Source: Octopus vulgaris
Lineage: Eukaryota
NCBI GenBank assembly: GCA_951406725.2
Contig: OX597821.1
Location: 115,630,001 to 115,694,000 of the forward strand
Reading direction: 5' to 3'
DNA: 64,000 nt
Shown here: piece after piece, positions 62,780 through 64,000 of the stretch
Layout: each line of letters begins with the position of its first letter
Position numbering within the stretch: position 1 is the first letter of the stretch
Translations under genes and position numbers: made by a program
Notes under the pieces: generated by a model
Told to the model about the DNA's origin: nothing
The model's database searches: none
Seen by the model: the letters and a program-made list of their open reading frames with translations, nothing else

Positions 62780-63964
62780 TTCCGCTATCTAGGTGACCAA
62801 GTCAGTAGTGGGGGTGGGTGCGCTGAAAGTGTAACTGCTAGAATAAGAATAGCCTGGGCAAAGTTTAGGGAGCTCTTACCTCTGCTGGTGACTAAAGGCC
62901 TCTCGCTCAGAGTAAAAGGCAGACTGTATGATGCATGTGTACGAACAGCTATGCTACATGGCAGTGAAACATGGGCCGTGACTGCTGAGGACATGCGTAA
63001 GCTCGTGAGGAACGAAGCCAGTATGCTCCGATGGATGTGTAATGTCAGTGTACTTACTCGACAGAGCGTTAGTACCTTGAGAGAAATGTTGTACCTAAGA
63101 AGCATCAGTTGTTGTGTGCAAGAGAGACGATTGCGCTGGTATGGTCATGTGGCGAGAATGGATGAAGATAGGTGTGTGAGAAAGTGCCAATCCCTAGCAG
63201 TTGAGGGAACCCGTGGAAGAGGTAGACCCAGGAAAACCTGGGACGAGGTGGTAAAGCACGACCTTCGGACGTTAGGTCTCACCATGGAAATGACTAGAGA
63301 CCGAGACCTATGGAAGTATGCTGTGCGTGAGAAGACCCGGCAAGACTAGTGAAGCCATAATCCGTGGCCCCTACCTGGGACGTAGTCAGTCCACCTGTGC
63401 ATACCTTCCTTCTTGTGACACTTGTGAAGACCTGTTGAGGCAAGTGAGAATCGTATCGAATCAAATCAAATTGAACCAAATCAAAATAGATGAACATCAA
63501 TGGAATTTGTATCCTTGTGGTACCAGTGCCGGTGGCACATAAGAAAACCATCCGAACGTGACCGTAGCCAGTACCGCAACGACTGGCCTCCGTGCTGAGG
63601 GCACGTAACAAACACCATCCGAGCGTGGCCGTCCGCCAGCCTCGTCTGGCACCTGTGTCGGTGACACATAAGAAAACACCATCCGAGCGTGGCCGTCAGC
63701 CAGCCTCGTCTGGCACCTGTGTCGGTGGCACATAAAAAACACCATCCGAGCGTGGCCGTCTGCCAGCCTCGTCTGGCACCTGTGTCGGTGGCACATGAAA
63801 TCACCCACTACACTCTCGGAGTGGTTGGCGTTAGGAAGGGCATCCAGCTGTAGAAACACTGCCATATCTGACTGGCCTGGTGCAGCCTTCGGGCTTGCCA
63901 GACCCCAGTTGAACCGTCCAACCCATGCTAGCATGGAAAGCGGACGTTAAACGATGATGATGAT
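62777..63964 (+). mobile_element. 5'-truncated, young-looking RTE LINE: ORF C-terminus, repeat-containing 3'UTR and (GAT)n tail
   Basis: Open frame FRYLGD...RLRWYGHVARM...RGRGRPRKTW to 63349; ends ggcgttaggaagggcatccagc...gttaaacgatgatgatgat. Confidence 0.93.
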
Positions 63965-64000
63965 ATATATATATATGTATATGTATGTATGTTTGTGTGT

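Overview
AT-rich, repeat-dense eukaryotic genomic DNA. The SINE/LINE families and (TA)n/(CA)n load suggest an octopus-type cephalopod (inference). Two spliced genes are arranged head-to-head. (1) Minus strand: an INCENP (inner centromere protein) orthologue. I could chain 12 coding exons in frame from ATG 26807 down to 281 (647 codons: INCENP-N, PKTPS, SFLKK-TP and E/R/K-rich SAH region). The gene runs off the left edge before the IN-box and needs a 16-nt microexon to keep frame. A CCAAT + CDE-4nt-CHR cell-cycle promoter lies at ~35.5 kb. (2) Plus strand: a complete 4-exon, 85-aa acyl-CoA-binding protein (ACBP/DBI) gene, 47260-61347. The rest is transposon-derived: RTE LINEs and >25 of their 3' ends, several tRNA-derived SINE families, a decayed mariner, piggyBac- and Merlin-like MITEs, Helitron-like pieces, CRE- and R4-like remnants, and Penelope-like inverted repeats. 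Most notable: several hammerhead-ribozyme motifs (one with an intact core at 41871-41961, one fused behind a tRNA-like Pol III head at 5.7-6.0 kb), and two copies of one Merlin-like MITE placed symmetrically ~400 bp upstream of each divergent gene. Exon coordinates were counted by hand. Repeat boundaries are approximate.
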